DNA from: a virus
Virus record (IMG/VR): IMGVR_UViG_3300021519_000007
Coordinates: 11,998-75,997 of that record
DNA length: 64,000 nt
Reading direction: 5' to 3' (one strand)
Shown here in pieces: positions 48,467 through 57,821 of this stretch. Under the pieces are notes generated by a model. The model was not told where the DNA came from, searched no databases, and was given only the letters and a program-made list of their open reading frames with translations. A program made the translations under genes and the position numbers. Positions within the stretch are counted from its first letter, which is position 1. Each line of letters opens with the position of its first letter.

Positions 48467-50299
48467 TTAGAACTCTCCCATGGAGAGTCTGTTGAGGAGA
48501 TCAGACAGGATGTGTTCTTCATCCTTTTGTGTCCCATCCACCACGGCAGAAATTATAGCACGCTTGTGGTCGATCAATTCGGCCAGATACTCATCAATTG
48601 TCCCCGCAGCCATGAGGTAGTAGCAGGAAACAGGATTCTCCTGCCCTGAGCGATGGCAACGATCCTCGGCTTGGTGGTGTTTAGTCGGAGTCCACGTCAA
48701 CTCAAGGAAGGCGACGTTGGAGCAGACATGCTGCCACCCGTCGATCCCCTCGGCAGCGGCGTCGATGTTGGCGACAACAACACGAACACTGTCGTCCTCG
48801 GAGAAGCGGTCGATTGCTGCCTGCCTTGCATCCGATCCCATGCCGCCCACAACACGGACGGCCTTGGGGCCAAGGTGTTTGCACACCATGTCCACTGTGT
48901 TGCGGTGGCTGCAGAACAGGACGAGTTTCTCGTCAGATGTGAGGAAGTCGTCGATCCATTCAAGCGCAGCATTGATCTTTCCACGGGCACATACTTGACG
49001 CAGTGCGTTGAGTTTTGTGATTGCAATTGCCGCCTTTGCACGGGCGACCTTTGCATCGACCTCATGCTGCCAAGCGTTTTGAGCCTCGACCGGCGTAAGA
49101 GTAGACAGATGCTCATTGAATTTTTGATCCGAATTAACCTGCGAACGAATCCAAACAGCGATGTCATCTCGAACCCGATTATACTCGGGGCGGTTGGTGA
49201 TCTCCAGCGGAATGGAGATGCGCTCCTTCGGAGGCAGTTCTGTAAGGACATCCTCTTTGCGTCTACGGATCAAGATGCCACTCCTGCGCAGGCGAGTATT
49301 CAACTCGAACAAATTACTTGCTCCGCGGGTGTCCCAACCGTAACCGTTGTAGGAAGGGTTACAATAGCGCTCAACAAATGTCCAGTTTCTACCGCCTGTG
49401 ATTTCATTGAGGCGGCCAATGATTGACAACTGAGACATAAGGTCGATTGGACTGTTTGTCAGGGGTGTGCCCGACATCGCAATCCTGATTTCTATCTGGC
49501 TGGCAAGGATCGCCGATGCTTTGGCCCGCTTGGACTTACCGTTCTTAATGAAATGCGCCTCATCAAAAACAACGGCCTTACATCTCAGGCGCTGGATCTC
49601 AGCGACCCAACCAGCAAGGATGTCATAGTTGATTATGACAATTTTTGTATTGCCGGGAATCCTTTTGCTCGTGCGGCCCGAACAGACAAAGATCAAGTCG
49701 TTAGAAATGGAGGGAAAGAATCTATTTATCTGACGAACCCAACCCATTTTGATTGAAGCGGGGCAGATGACTACAACGGGGTATGCCTGCTCCACTGCCA
49801 CAGCAGCGAGAGCGCAGAGCGTTTTGCCCGTCCCCATCTCGTCACCTATGTAGACCCTACGGTTACGAACGATCCAGTCAACCGCAGCCTTCTGATAGTT
49901 GCGGAGTGATCCAGCCAAACCGGGGACAATAATGTCCGGCCCCTCTTGGGCGACAGACAGTTCCTGGTTCTCTTCTTGCTGCTTCTGACGTTCTTCTTCA
50001 GCCTGCAGGATCTGCTCAATGAGCCGGTCAGCAGAAGCGTTACGCTTGAAACCATACTCTTCGATGATCTCTAGCATTGGCTCAATTGCCTCACGCTCGG
50101 CAGGAATAACCCAAGCGCTAATCATCTTGTCGCCACGGGGGTAGAAGTTCGGGTGCATTTTCACACCCCGAATATTTCTTTTGAGATCACGCAGGCGAGC
50201 AGCAATCTTGCTTGTCTCATCTGTCGATAGATCATCTACGGCAATACCAAAGCCGTTCCCGCTTCTAAGCGCACCGAAATGCTTGAATGGTCTAGACAA
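48467..50299 (-). CDS. SNF2-family (SMARCAL1/HARP-like) helicase
   Basis: 'GDEMGTGKT', 'DEAH', 'SGTP', 'QAEDRCHRSGQ'. TTG start after SD AAGGAG. Confidence 0.92.
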   Translation of the reverse strand: MSRPFKHFGALRSGNGFGIAVDDLSTDETSKIAARLRDLKRNIRGVKMHPNFYPRGDKMISAWVIPAEREAIEPMLEIIEEYGFKRNASADRLIEQILQAEEERQKQQEENQELSVAQEGPDIIVPGLAGSLRNYQKAAVDWIVRNRRVYIGDEMGTGKTLCALAAVAVEQAYPVVVICPASIKMGWVRQINRFFPSISNDLIFVCSGRTSKRIPGNTKIVIINYDILAGWVAEIQRLRCKAVVFDEAHFIKNGKSKRAKASAILASQIEIRIAMSGTPLTNSPIDLMSQLSIIGRLNEITGGRNWTFVERYCNPSYNGYGWDTRGASNLFELNTRLRRSGILIRRRKEDVLTELPPKERISIPLEITNRPEYNRVRDDIAVWIRSQVNSDQKFNEHLSTLTPVEAQNAWQHEVDAKVARAKAAIAITKLNALRQVCARGKINAALEWIDDFLTSDEKLVLFCSHRNTVDMVCKHLGPKAVRVVGGMGSDARQAAIDRFSEDDSVRVVVANIDAAAEGIDGWQHVCSNVAFLELTWTPTKHHQAEDRCHRSGQENPVSCYYLMAAGTIDEYLAELIDHKRAIISAVVDGTQKDEEHILSDLLNRLSMGEF

Positions 50300-50332
50300 G
50301 GAATCTCCTTTCTCTTGCCTGTGGTTGTGTAG

Positions 50333-50406
50333 TAGCACCTGAGGGAATTGAACCCTCACCCCCGGTGACTAGTTCTGACCGCCGTGGGGGCGAACCTGCG
50401 GTGCTA
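50333..50406 (-). ncRNA. tRNA-like RNA lacking a D-arm
   Basis: Acceptor-like TAGCACC/GGTGCTA, canonical T arm GAGGG-TTCAATT-CCCTC, long interrupted central helix. Confidence 0.55.
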
Positions 50407-50411
50407 GTACG

Positions 50412-50597
50412 TTATACGCTCTGTGCTTCGGTCAGTTCAGCAAACTCAATGTTCATCTGAACATCGGTGAACTGACCATCGTTTGCCGTCTCATGCTCGA
50501 TAAGACCAAGGGCATTGTTGACGATAAAGCGAGCGTCTTCGATGTTTTCAGCGTTTTCGACGCCCACCTTGACTGTGGCAGTAAAGTTATAAGCCAT
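50412..50597 (-). CDS. Small hypothetical protein
   Basis: 61 aa, strong SD AAGGAGG. Confidence 0.65.
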   Translation of the reverse strand: MAYNFTATVKVGVENAENIEDARFIVNNALGLIEHETANDGQFTDVQMNIEFAELTEAQSV

Positions 50598-50619
50598 TTC
50601 TTCTACCTCCTTTCGTGAA

Positions 50620-50692
50620 TACTCCCACGGGGATTCGAACCCCGGTATCTGCCATGAAAGGGCAGGGTCCTAGGCCACTAGACGATGGGAGC
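50620..50692 (-). tRNA. tRNA-Glu(UUC)
   Basis: GCTCCCA/TGGGAGT acceptor, CTGCC-CTTTCAT-GGCAG anticodon arm, CGGGG-TTCGAAT-CCCCG T arm. CCA not encoded. Confidence 0.9.
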
Positions 50693-50761
50693 GAGTCCCC
50701 GGATAGACGAACGGGCCGGGTCTCCGGGAGCATTACAACCCCCGGAGGTTTGTGGATTATA

Positions 50762-51091
50762 TCAAACGCTTACAATAGCGGTCGCAAAATTGACCGCGAC
50801 TTCTGCGTCTGCACTGATGGTAGAGACACCAAACGAACGGCCCACACCAACAAGAGCATAAAACTCGCTGTTGTTTGTGACCGTGCCATTACCCACGACC
50901 TTGACCCGACCGGGGGCGACTACCGTAGCATCGATCCCGCTCTCGGCAAGGTTGCGCCGATGATGGTAGGCCAGAGCGGGAGTCTTGGCCGTAGCCTGCA
51001 GAATGACAGGCATACCCTCAGGGGTAAGATTGATTGCACCCAAGAAGGTGGGGATCATAGAGGGGCGACCCCTCTTAGTGTTTGCACTCAC
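50762..51091 (-). CDS. Hypothetical protein (N-terminal KRGRP)
   Basis: GTG start after AAGGAG. Confidence 0.6.
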   Translation of the reverse strand: MSANTKRGRPSMIPTFLGAINLTPEGMPVILQATAKTPALAYHHRRNLAESGIDATVVAPGRVKVVGNGTVTNNSEFYALVGVGRSFGVSTISADAEVAVNFATAIVSV

Positions 51092-51339
51092 AGTTTTTCT
51101 CCTTTATTTGTGACGCTCTTTTTATTCGTGCTATCTGTTTTTAGACGCTTGACAAACCCAGAGGCTACAAGCGTCTTCCGAACATTCATCATCCATCTAT
51201 GATCAGACGGTGATGCTGAGATGGTGACGATGTATCTATCGCCATCATACACCTTAAAATGAGACCCTCGTCGACTTTGCTCGATACGTAGTCCCTCGGT
51301 CTCTAACGACCTTAGCAGTTTCTTGACATCCTTGTTCAT
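51088..51339 (-). CDS. HicA-like toxin/RNase
   Basis: 'KLLRSLETEGLRIEQSRRGSHFKV...VTISASPSD' dsRBD-like HicA signature with catalytic GSH. Confidence 0.75.
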   Translation of the reverse strand: MNKDVKKLLRSLETEGLRIEQSRRGSHFKVYDGDRYIVTISASPSDHRWMMNVRKTLVASGFVKRLKTDSTNKKSVTNKGEKL

Positions 51340-51614
51340 CAGAAGGGTGTCGTTGAGGCGGTGTTGATGTGATCAACAATGGTCGCACCCATAGCGGTGG
51401 CACAGGAGCGGCAGAACTTGGGAGGCCTACCAGCGACACCCGTCCTCACGATCGTGCCGCCGCATCGTGCGCAATCTTTATCGTATTCGGGTGGACGTAC
51501 ACGGACAATCTTCGGAGCCGGGCACGTGGCACAATGCACACGCGGCCTGCCTCGTTTACCACTATGCGCAATCATAGATCCGCATACATTGCACGGCTGA
51601 CTGTAATACTTCAT
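51339..51614 (-). CDS. Tandem zinc-ribbon DNA-binding protein
   Basis: Two CxxC..GRP..CxxC units. Confidence 0.7.
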   Translation of the reverse strand: MKYYSQPCNVCGSMIAHSGKRGRPRVHCATCPAPKIVRVRPPEYDKDCARCGGTIVRTGVAGRPPKFCRSCATAMGATIVDHINTASTTPF

Positions 51615-52240
51615 CGGTTCAACATCCTTTCGGCGGTTTCAATACGCTTTCGATTACGTTGTTCAATATCATTGGCAGCGTAGCCTCTCACAATAACACC
51701 TTTGTTCACACTAATGATGCGATGATGGTTTCTGATCTTCTTCATGCTAGCACGTTTATTGATACGCGCAAGCGAAAACATTGAATCATGGTATCCCTCG
51801 TTTGCCTTGGCCTCAACCTCATATGGGATAAGACGATAGACCTCTGTGTATTCGACACCCTCTTGCTCGGCAACTCTCTTTGCAGACTCGTTCATGAGGT
51901 TGTATGTCTCAATAAAGTCGGGGTTGTCCTCCCATTGCGCAGCATGAGTAATCTCATGCCAGATGGAACGACTTGCCGCCTCGGGTGTCAGGCGAGCAAC
52001 GATTGTGACCGGGTGGACTAATTCACCGTTGTTGTCTTTACGTGGCACATGATAAAGGCCAATCGGATCATCACGGTCGGTAACCTGTATAACGGTGACC
52101 GGAAGCACGATTCCCAGAGCATCACATGCTTTCTCTAAGGCCGCATTGTCTACACGCCATGGAGACTTAGTATAACTACAATCATCACAATGCTTTTGCG
52201 TGTGATTTACTACTGTACCGCAGTGCGCACAATTGCGCAT
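51611..52240 (-). CDS. Zinc-ribbon + HExxH metallopeptidase-like protein
   Basis: N-terminal CAHC..CDDC; 'WHEITHAAQ' and downstream 'PYEVEA'. Confidence 0.7.
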   Translation of the reverse strand: MRNCAHCGTVVNHTQKHCDDCSYTKSPWRVDNAALEKACDALGIVLPVTVIQVTDRDDPIGLYHVPRKDNNGELVHPVTIVARLTPEAASRSIWHEITHAAQWEDNPDFIETYNLMNESAKRVAEQEGVEYTEVYRLIPYEVEAKANEGYHDSMFSLARINKRASMKKIRNHHRIISVNKGVIVRGYAANDIEQRNRKRIETAERMLNR

Positions 52241-52245
52241 GATGA

Positions 52246-52494
52246 CTACCCCTTCTTTCGGATCTCCTTTTTCTTCTCCCTCATTAGGCAAAAGAAGACA
52301 AAGTTGACCAATTTGTTGGCCTCTTCTGACGTCATCCGGATAACTGTCATGCTACCGGCTTCCTCACTAGTGCTTTCGTTTATGTGCGTTAGCACAAGTG
52401 CATCGGCGCCAATCCAGTCTGCAAAGAGGCTAGATGATTCGTTCTCGCTGATGACGCGAGTCTCAAATGCTAATGAGTCTTGTGTCTTAGACAT
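52246..52494 (-). CDS. Hypothetical protein
   Basis: 82 aa, coupled. Confidence 0.5.
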   Translation of the reverse strand: MSKTQDSLAFETRVISENESSSLFADWIGADALVLTHINESTSEEAGSMTVIRMTSEEANKLVNFVFFCLMREKKKEIRKKG

Positions 52495-52678
52495 TGCTAT
52501 TCCCCTTCCAGTAGGGCATGATCATTTCGACCTGCTCCTTGAGTTTTTCTACGTCTGCTGTGACCGTGTTCTTGCCGTAACCGGGCAGCGGGCTACCCAA
52601 CTTTTTCGCACCACGAAGGATGCGGCGCATCTTGGCCGCCTCCATCTTGTTCTTCTTGATCTTGCCGATGGTTGCCAT
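52487..52678 (-). CDS. Small basic protein
   Basis: 63 aa, coupled. Confidence 0.55.
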   Translation of the reverse strand: MATIGKIKKNKMEAAKMRRILRGAKKLGSPLPGYGKNTVTADVEKLKEQVEMIMPYWKGNSNV

Positions 52679-52857
52679 CAGTCATCTCCCTCGATTTCAA
52701 TGTCTTCTTCGTTGGCAAAGCAGAAGGTCATGCCGTCAATACCCTCGCCGGGAGCATAGTATACAAACCTATCCTCTTCCCGTGCAAGATGGATGGGCGG
52801 CGTTCCAACTGTTACCCACAGGCTGTGCCTGTCGCGAACGATCTTTGTTTTGACCAT
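52678..52857 (-). CDS. Small hypothetical protein
   Basis: 59 aa (MVKTKIVRDRHS...EIEGDD), below the ORF-track cutoff; TGATG coupling. Confidence 0.5.
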   Translation of the reverse strand: MVKTKIVRDRHSLWVTVGTPPIHLAREEDRFVYYAPGEGIDGMTFCFANEEDIEIEGDD

Positions 52858-53066
52858 TTTATCGCCTTTCGTTTCTGATCTCGTGCTTTGCCTGAAGAAT
52901 CATCAGGGCTTTCGAAATCTGGTTCTGGAACGCTTACAAATGGTGCGCATAAAATCGCACAAAAGAACAAATCCCAAGAAGGATAGTACCACCATTTGGG
53001 ACAGGACAAAAATAACCACAAAGACCTTAAGCCACCAATACGGGGCGCTCACGCTGGTCTCCTTTC

Positions 53067-53822
53067 CTACGCCACCAGCGCAAGAGACTTCTTTGGCAGG
53101 CGGTTCTTGTTAACTGAGAATAATACGTTGTTGCGCCCAAAAATGCAAACGCCACAGGCAATACATGCGGACTGAGTGTCAGAGATCAATGGGATCTTCC
53201 TGTTGTTCTCAGGACACTTGACCGCCGTACGATTACCGCCGACCTCATTATATCCCTCACGCGCCTCTGGGAACGTGTTGCCAAGGTAGGCGATAAGAAT
53301 CCCTCTGTCGGCCATGCGTGCAGCCAACTCACGGTTCTCATCGTCGGCAGAGAAGTACAGAGTCGCCCTACTGCCCTGCATGATCACGGCAGCGGCCTCG
53401 TCACGGGTGTAGACCCAGAACTTGACGTCTGCATTGTCATTCACCACACGAGACCACGCCTTGGCGTAGTTATCGGAGAAGAAATCTCCATCCCAATGGA
53501 TCCTAAACAGTTTGGGAGCGCTGCGCTTGTCGCAGTCCTTCTTGAACTCGTCGATCATTTCCTGCAGCAGTATCTGCATGTCGTTGATGCTGTCGTTACA
53601 CTCCAAAAGAGTGTCGTAGTTGTGCACCAAGGCTCGACGAACGTTTGGGCGTAGCCGCTCAAGACGTCCAGCGTAACAGACCCCCTCTTTGTCATCGCCC
53701 TTGCAGATACCGGTCATGCCACGACACGTAAGACCGGCAGGGAGGCCAAACGAATTGGCCACCATGACTTTACCATTGATAACAAGGTTTGCAACCTTGC
53801 TGTCCTTAGATCGCTTGAGCAT
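53067..53822 (-). CDS. Gp88-like radical-SAM-related protein
   Basis: 'SFGLPAG.TC.G....C...CYA', 'FRIHWDGDF', 'FWVYTR', terminal CxxCxxC. Confidence 0.8.
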   Translation of the reverse strand: MLKRSKDSKVANLVINGKVMVANSFGLPAGLTCRGMTGICKGDDKEGVCYAGRLERLRPNVRRALVHNYDTLLECNDSINDMQILLQEMIDEFKKDCDKRSAPKLFRIHWDGDFFSDNYAKAWSRVVNDNADVKFWVYTRDEAAAVIMQGSRATLYFSADDENRELAARMADRGILIAYLGNTFPEAREGYNEVGGNRTAVKCPENNRKIPLISDTQSACIACGVCIFGRNNVLFSVNKNRLPKKSLALVA

Positions 53823-53832
53823 GTGTTCTCCT

Positions 53833-54000
53833 TTATGGATTGTGGTTCTTCATTTCGGCGAGCACGAACTTATAGGCGGCCTTCTTGCCGTTTTCGTATT
53901 CGTACTCATGCCCATCACCGGTTTCGGGATCGCCGTAGCGCTTCATCTCCCGGTCGCACTCTTTGATCGCGTTCTTGATAATTTCGGCTAAACTGTTCAT
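53833..54000 (-). CDS. Small hypothetical protein
   Basis: 55 aa (MNSLAEII...), SD AAGGAG. Confidence 0.5.
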   Translation of the reverse strand: MNSLAEIIKNAIKECDREMKRYGDPETGDGHEYEYENGKKAAYKFVLAEMKNHNP

Positions 54001-54009
54001 TATTTCTCC

Positions 54010-54396
54010 TTATCCGTAGATGATATCGCCATAACAGGCGACCTGTAGAATTACCTCAGAGCCGGTGGCGTCAATGTTGCCCGCGTCGCTCTGTAGAACA
54101 GCGTCCCTAATCTCTCGGGCACACCACCCATCACCGTGCTTACCTGACACGATGTCGCCAATAGCGCTTGCAATATCTGCGGCGGTAAGTCTGATGACAG
54201 GACCGATCTCTCCCTCTTCACCGTCTTGATCCCATGCCGCCACCTCAATAGATTCAACATTACCTTCGCCATCCTCTTTGTAACGGACGCTGGGGAACCA
54301 GGGAGCGCCTTCACAACCCCAAACGGCTTGGTTAATAATATCGCAATCAATAGGAACCTTGACTGTGACGTAAAACTTTTCTTTTGTGTCACTCAT
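54010..54396 (-). CDS. Conserved actinophage-type hypothetical protein
   Basis: C-terminal 'IDATGSEVILQVACYGDIIYG' motif. Confidence 0.65.
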   Translation of the reverse strand: MSDTKEKFYVTVKVPIDCDIINQAVWGCEGAPWFPSVRYKEDGEGNVESIEVAAWDQDGEEGEIGPVIRLTAADIASAIGDIVSGKHGDGWCAREIRDAVLQSDAGNIDATGSEVILQVACYGDIIYG

Positions 54397-54577
54397 AATC
54401 TTTCTCCGAATACTCGTCGAAGTGATCGTCGAAGATCTCTTCGAGCATGGATGTGTTGCACCAACAGTAGGGAAATTCCCGGGTGCAGTCGGGGTGATGC
54501 TTGTAGCCACTAGGTTCTACCCGTGGACCCTGCTCATCGCCCGGGTCACGGTTAGTCATGAACCGTATGCCTTTCAC
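54389..54577 (-). CDS. Small hypothetical protein
   Basis: 62 aa, HxxC..CxC. Confidence 0.5.
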   Translation of the reverse strand: MKGIRFMTNRDPGDEQGPRVEPSGYKHHPDCTREFPYCWCNTSMLEEIFDDHFDEYSEKDYE

Positions 54578-54589
54578 TATCTCTTCTCC

Positions 54590-54877
54590 TTATCTGTGCT
54601 TTAAGCACTTGGCGGGGCGTCGTCCCTGCTTGCCCGTCTTTTCAATGGGTGCGCTGCACACGGTGCAGGCGCTGTCTGGGTAGTAGTCGCCGCTTGGGGC
54701 GGCAGCCTTACGTGGCTTCTTCTTGTCGCCGCTCTCTCGCCACACCATCACGTCCTCGCTCAGCCAGTCTGCAATGACTCCCTGCTTGGCAAGGTCGCGC
54801 TCTATCTGGCTGACGGCTGCCCTGTCTTTATCTCGTATCGCTTGCGCGTGACGAATTTTAAGCAGGGTGCGTTCCAT
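54590..54877 (-). CDS. Protein with C-terminal zinc ribbon
   Basis: 'CTVCSAPIEKTGKQGRRPAKCLKH'. Confidence 0.6.
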   Translation of the reverse strand: MERTLLKIRHAQAIRDKDRAAVSQIERDLAKQGVIADWLSEDVMVWRESGDKKKPRKAAAPSGDYYPDSACTVCSAPIEKTGKQGRRPAKCLKHR

Positions 54878-55146
54878 TACGCTTGATCAACCTGACGCTG
54901 GTCTTCTACTTCTTCGCATCGCCAGCACAACATTCCGTTATCTCCGGTGATAGCGCCGCAGCGACATTTACTTATTGCAACAAACGAGTCGTCGTCCCAC
55001 TCGGTCCATATCGACTTGACGTCGCAGGGCTGCGAACCATCCTTAACAACCGTGATTGCTTCGTGATTACTACTTGCGCTGACGGTTGTTCGATAGGCGA
55101 CCGTCTCGTTCCAAGTTACGATGTACTCATTCATGATGTTCTCCAT
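54877..55146 (-). CDS. Hypothetical protein with zinc ribbon
   Basis: CRCG..CWRC; coupled start. Confidence 0.55.
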   Translation of the reverse strand: MENIMNEYIVTWNETVAYRTTVSASSNHEAITVVKDGSQPCDVKSIWTEWDDDSFVAISKCRCGAITGDNGMLCWRCEEVEDQRQVDQA

Positions 55147-55358
55147 TAGACTAGAAGGATTCCGCCACCGACGCAGGACATATCGAATCGATAGTCCTCG
55201 TCTCTGCCGGACTTGTAATTGACGTAAAGAGCGCCGTCGAACAACTCCCACATGTCCACATCAACAAATGCTGGATCTTGCATTGTGATATCACCAGCAA
55301 ACAGGGAGATCCACTCGGATGCGGTGGTGATCTTGTCCCCCAGAATGGTATTGCTCAC
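55146..55358 (-). CDS. Hypothetical protein
   Basis: 70 aa, coupled. Confidence 0.5.
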   Translation of the reverse strand: MSNTILGDKITTASEWISLFAGDITMQDPAFVDVDMWELFDGALYVNYKSGRDEDYRFDMSCVGGGILLV

Positions 55359-56068
55359 GACACCTTCTCCTTCTTCTTTGTGTTTGTGACGCCTGTGGTG
55401 GCGGCCACCTTGTTTGCGATCAGATCATCCAAGCGTCCCCTGTAGACGTTGGGATGCTCACCGATTACAAATTCCTTGTTCATGTTTGCCGCAACGGCAA
55501 AGCCGACCAGCCTTTGCACAGTGGAAGGCTCAGAGTCCAACTCAAATGGAGGGACACGCCGCTGCTCGGCATACTGAAGCGTTGACATCATCAGATAGCG
55601 GCCACCGCCACGGTAAATAGCGGCAAGATAACTACGACCCCGCATCACAATTTCGATGATGGCAACCTTGTCGTCGATCACAGCCATGAGGTCGGAATAC
55701 TGCATGACAGCATAGTCCTCGTCAGCGTTCTTATCCAACCCAAGATAATAGGTCGAGACAAATAACGACGGGTGGATCTCATCTGGATCAACAATGGTTT
55801 TGACCTCGGTCATAGAAGACCTGTTGAGGCTGAGACCTTTGATCTCGTCCTTCTCAAGAATCACATACTTGCCGTCGGCATACTTGTACCCGTCACGGAT
55901 GTCCTCGTAGGCAATCTTATTGCCGTCGCAATCAATGTTGATCCGATTGATCGGTAGACCGTTTGGAGCGATCTGAGTAAGACCCGGAGATCCATCATCA
56001 AACGCCTTGTGGATTGAAAGCGGTGCCTCGACCGTGTCGACACACACCGTGATGTTTTGCATACTCAT
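55355..56068 (-). CDS. ku: Ku-like DNA end-binding protein
   Basis: 'IAYEDIRDGYKYADGKYVILEKDEI', 'DEIHP...TYYLG', 'VMRGR.YLA', 'LMMSTLQY', 'YRGRLDDLIANK'. Confidence 0.85.
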   Translation of the reverse strand: MSMQNITVCVDTVEAPLSIHKAFDDGSPGLTQIAPNGLPINRINIDCDGNKIAYEDIRDGYKYADGKYVILEKDEIKGLSLNRSSMTEVKTIVDPDEIHPSLFVSTYYLGLDKNADEDYAVMQYSDLMAVIDDKVAIIEIVMRGRSYLAAIYRGGGRYLMMSTLQYAEQRRVPPFELDSEPSTVQRLVGFAVAANMNKEFVIGEHPNVYRGRLDDLIANKVAATTGVTNTKKKEKVS

Positions 56069-56072
56069 TGTC

Positions 56073-56294
56073 TTAGCCCTCCATGGATCCGAAGAAGTCA
56101 GCGAGAGCCTCATCCGTGCCACACGGGCTACAGATGTAGGTCTTGTTATCCTCACGGCTGAGAGCCGGAGGGGAGGGCATGCCATCCTCCCACTTTACAC
56201 CGTAAGGCGTGTAAAAGTTTTTGTTGCACATTGGGCAGAGAATAATATCCCCACTCTCCTGCATTTCAGCGTGCAGTTCAGACATCTTACTCAT
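56073..56294 (-). CDS. Small zinc-binding protein
   Basis: 'CPMC..PALSREDNKTYICSPCGTDEAL' phage motif. Confidence 0.7.
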   Translation of the reverse strand: MSKMSELHAEMQESGDIILCPMCNKNFYTPYGVKWEDGMPSPPALSREDNKTYICSPCGTDEALADFFGSMEG

Positions 56295-56517
56295 TTTCGT
56301 TCTCCTTTACTACTCGGTATACATCATGACCAACAAGTATCGCTAGCCTTCTTCCGTTGTCCCAGTCTACAGCAATTTGTGCGCCTGTAGCATACGTGAC
56401 CGTTCCTTGTGTTCCCGGCAGAACCGGATCGATATCATCCGGCATCGAGATCAACTCGATGCGTGTTCCGATTGGAACGGGCGCTGGCTGCAACGCCATC
56501 TCATGGAAATTGTCCAT
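56287..56517 (-). CDS. DUF4314-like SH3-fold protein
   Basis: 'GTRIELISMPDD...PGTQGTV...QIAVDWDNGRRLAIL.G.D'. Confidence 0.75.
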   Translation of the reverse strand: MDNFHEMALQPAPVPIGTRIELISMPDDIDPVLPGTQGTVTYATGAQIAVDWDNGRRLAILVGHDVYRVVKENENE

Positions 56518-56522
56518 GTCTA

Positions 56523-57809
56523 TCACTTTCCTTTCGTGTATACGTGGTTTATTTCGCCCAAGGCTTTCTTGCCACGGGTATGCGGCTTGACCCATACGCG
56601 TGCGCCCTGCTTGTTCGTGTACTGGGCAGAGGTAAGGTTTCGGAAGTGCCCGCGAACGCAATGCCAAGCGACACCATTAGCGCTTAGGTGACGACCAATC
56701 CAGCGGCTCTTGTCGTAGCGTAGATCCCTGAGGGCAATCTTGTGAACCATGCCAGCAGCAGAGCGGCGCTTCTTAGCCAACGATGCAAGTTGTTTTGGCG
56801 ACGTCACGGTGCTCACAACAACCGCAGGGTCGGCATTGATGATTCCGTTTCCAATGAGGATTGCAATCAATGCCTCCACCATCGAGATTTTTGCTTTGAG
56901 AATGATTGGGGACTGAGACTTGCGATCATTGCTTACCGTTTGGGGAAACCTATTGATCCTGTTCTCCATTAGCCCAATCATGATAAGAATCTTTCCATTC
57001 GTCCAATCAATCCAAATCTCTCCGAAGCAAGGGAATAGCATACTGCTTTTTTCAATAGAGTCGTAGATTGAAATCACTATTGAGTAATGTTTCACGCCCT
57101 CCTTACGGTATGCGCTGGCATCAAAGACATTACGGATCGGAAACTCGTTGTGATCATTTGTGGTGTCGATAAGACTCTCGGAGTTAAACGGAGCATAAGA
57201 CGGAACACCTTCGGTGACACGACAGAAGAGCCAAACATCTGTGGAGGTGCGGTTGCCAATCTGATAGATGCCATTGGTTGGGAAGTATGGTGCATCAACA
57301 AACGGAACATTGTTTGCGTCTATTTCGCAAACCAGTGTTCCATCTTGGGCGATTTTAAGATTGCTATAAACATCGTCACCATCTTCATCGGTGCCCTCTA
57401 TGGTGTATCGCTCGGTGCTAGCCCACACCGCATCAGCCAAGGCGTTAGAGTGATTAGTGAGATCAACCACCTCAGGATTGCTCTGGCCGAAGGAGTTAGC
57501 AATGACTTGTGCGATATTTCGCATCATCTCTGCTTTTATCCCCTTTGCTTCAGCAGTGGTACCGGCTAGGAGGGTACCCACCGCCCCCGTATCGGAACCG
57601 GCCAGAGGGGTGCTCTGTACGGGGTCATTAAACTCTAAAATTTCTGCCATTTCAGAAGGATGTTCAGTTATAAGATCGCAAATAGCAATGTGAGATGCGA
57701 CAACCAAGAGTGGATCCTCATCGAATCCACGAACAGCAGAAGCGCCGGGCAGATCGGGCGGAATCAAAAGCGTTTGAGGTGCGTTAAGAAAGTCGTTAAT
57801 GTCACTCAT
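56523..57809 (-). CDS. Hypothetical protein with C-terminal 'H.VRGHFR..WVKPHTRG' motif
   Basis: 428 aa, SD GGAGG. Confidence 0.7.
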   Translation of the reverse strand: MSDINDFLNAPQTLLIPPDLPGASAVRGFDEDPLLVVASHIAICDLITEHPSEMAEILEFNDPVQSTPLAGSDTGAVGTLLAGTTAEAKGIKAEMMRNIAQVIANSFGQSNPEVVDLTNHSNALADAVWASTERYTIEGTDEDGDDVYSNLKIAQDGTLVCEIDANNVPFVDAPYFPTNGIYQIGNRTSTDVWLFCRVTEGVPSYAPFNSESLIDTTNDHNEFPIRNVFDASAYRKEGVKHYSIVISIYDSIEKSSMLFPCFGEIWIDWTNGKILIMIGLMENRINRFPQTVSNDRKSQSPIILKAKISMVEALIAILIGNGIINADPAVVVSTVTSPKQLASLAKKRRSAAGMVHKIALRDLRYDKSRWIGRHLSANGVAWHCVRGHFRNLTSAQYTNKQGARVWVKPHTRGKKALGEINHVYTKGK

Positions 57810-57821
57810 TATTCAGTCCTC

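Noticed and set aside
50615-51202. 195-aa plus-strand ORF and other long plus-strand ORFs (22354, 28658, 34281, 42978, 48653, 62727)
   Set aside because: They are antisense shadows of well-supported minus-strand genes or tRNAs and have no recognisable motifs.
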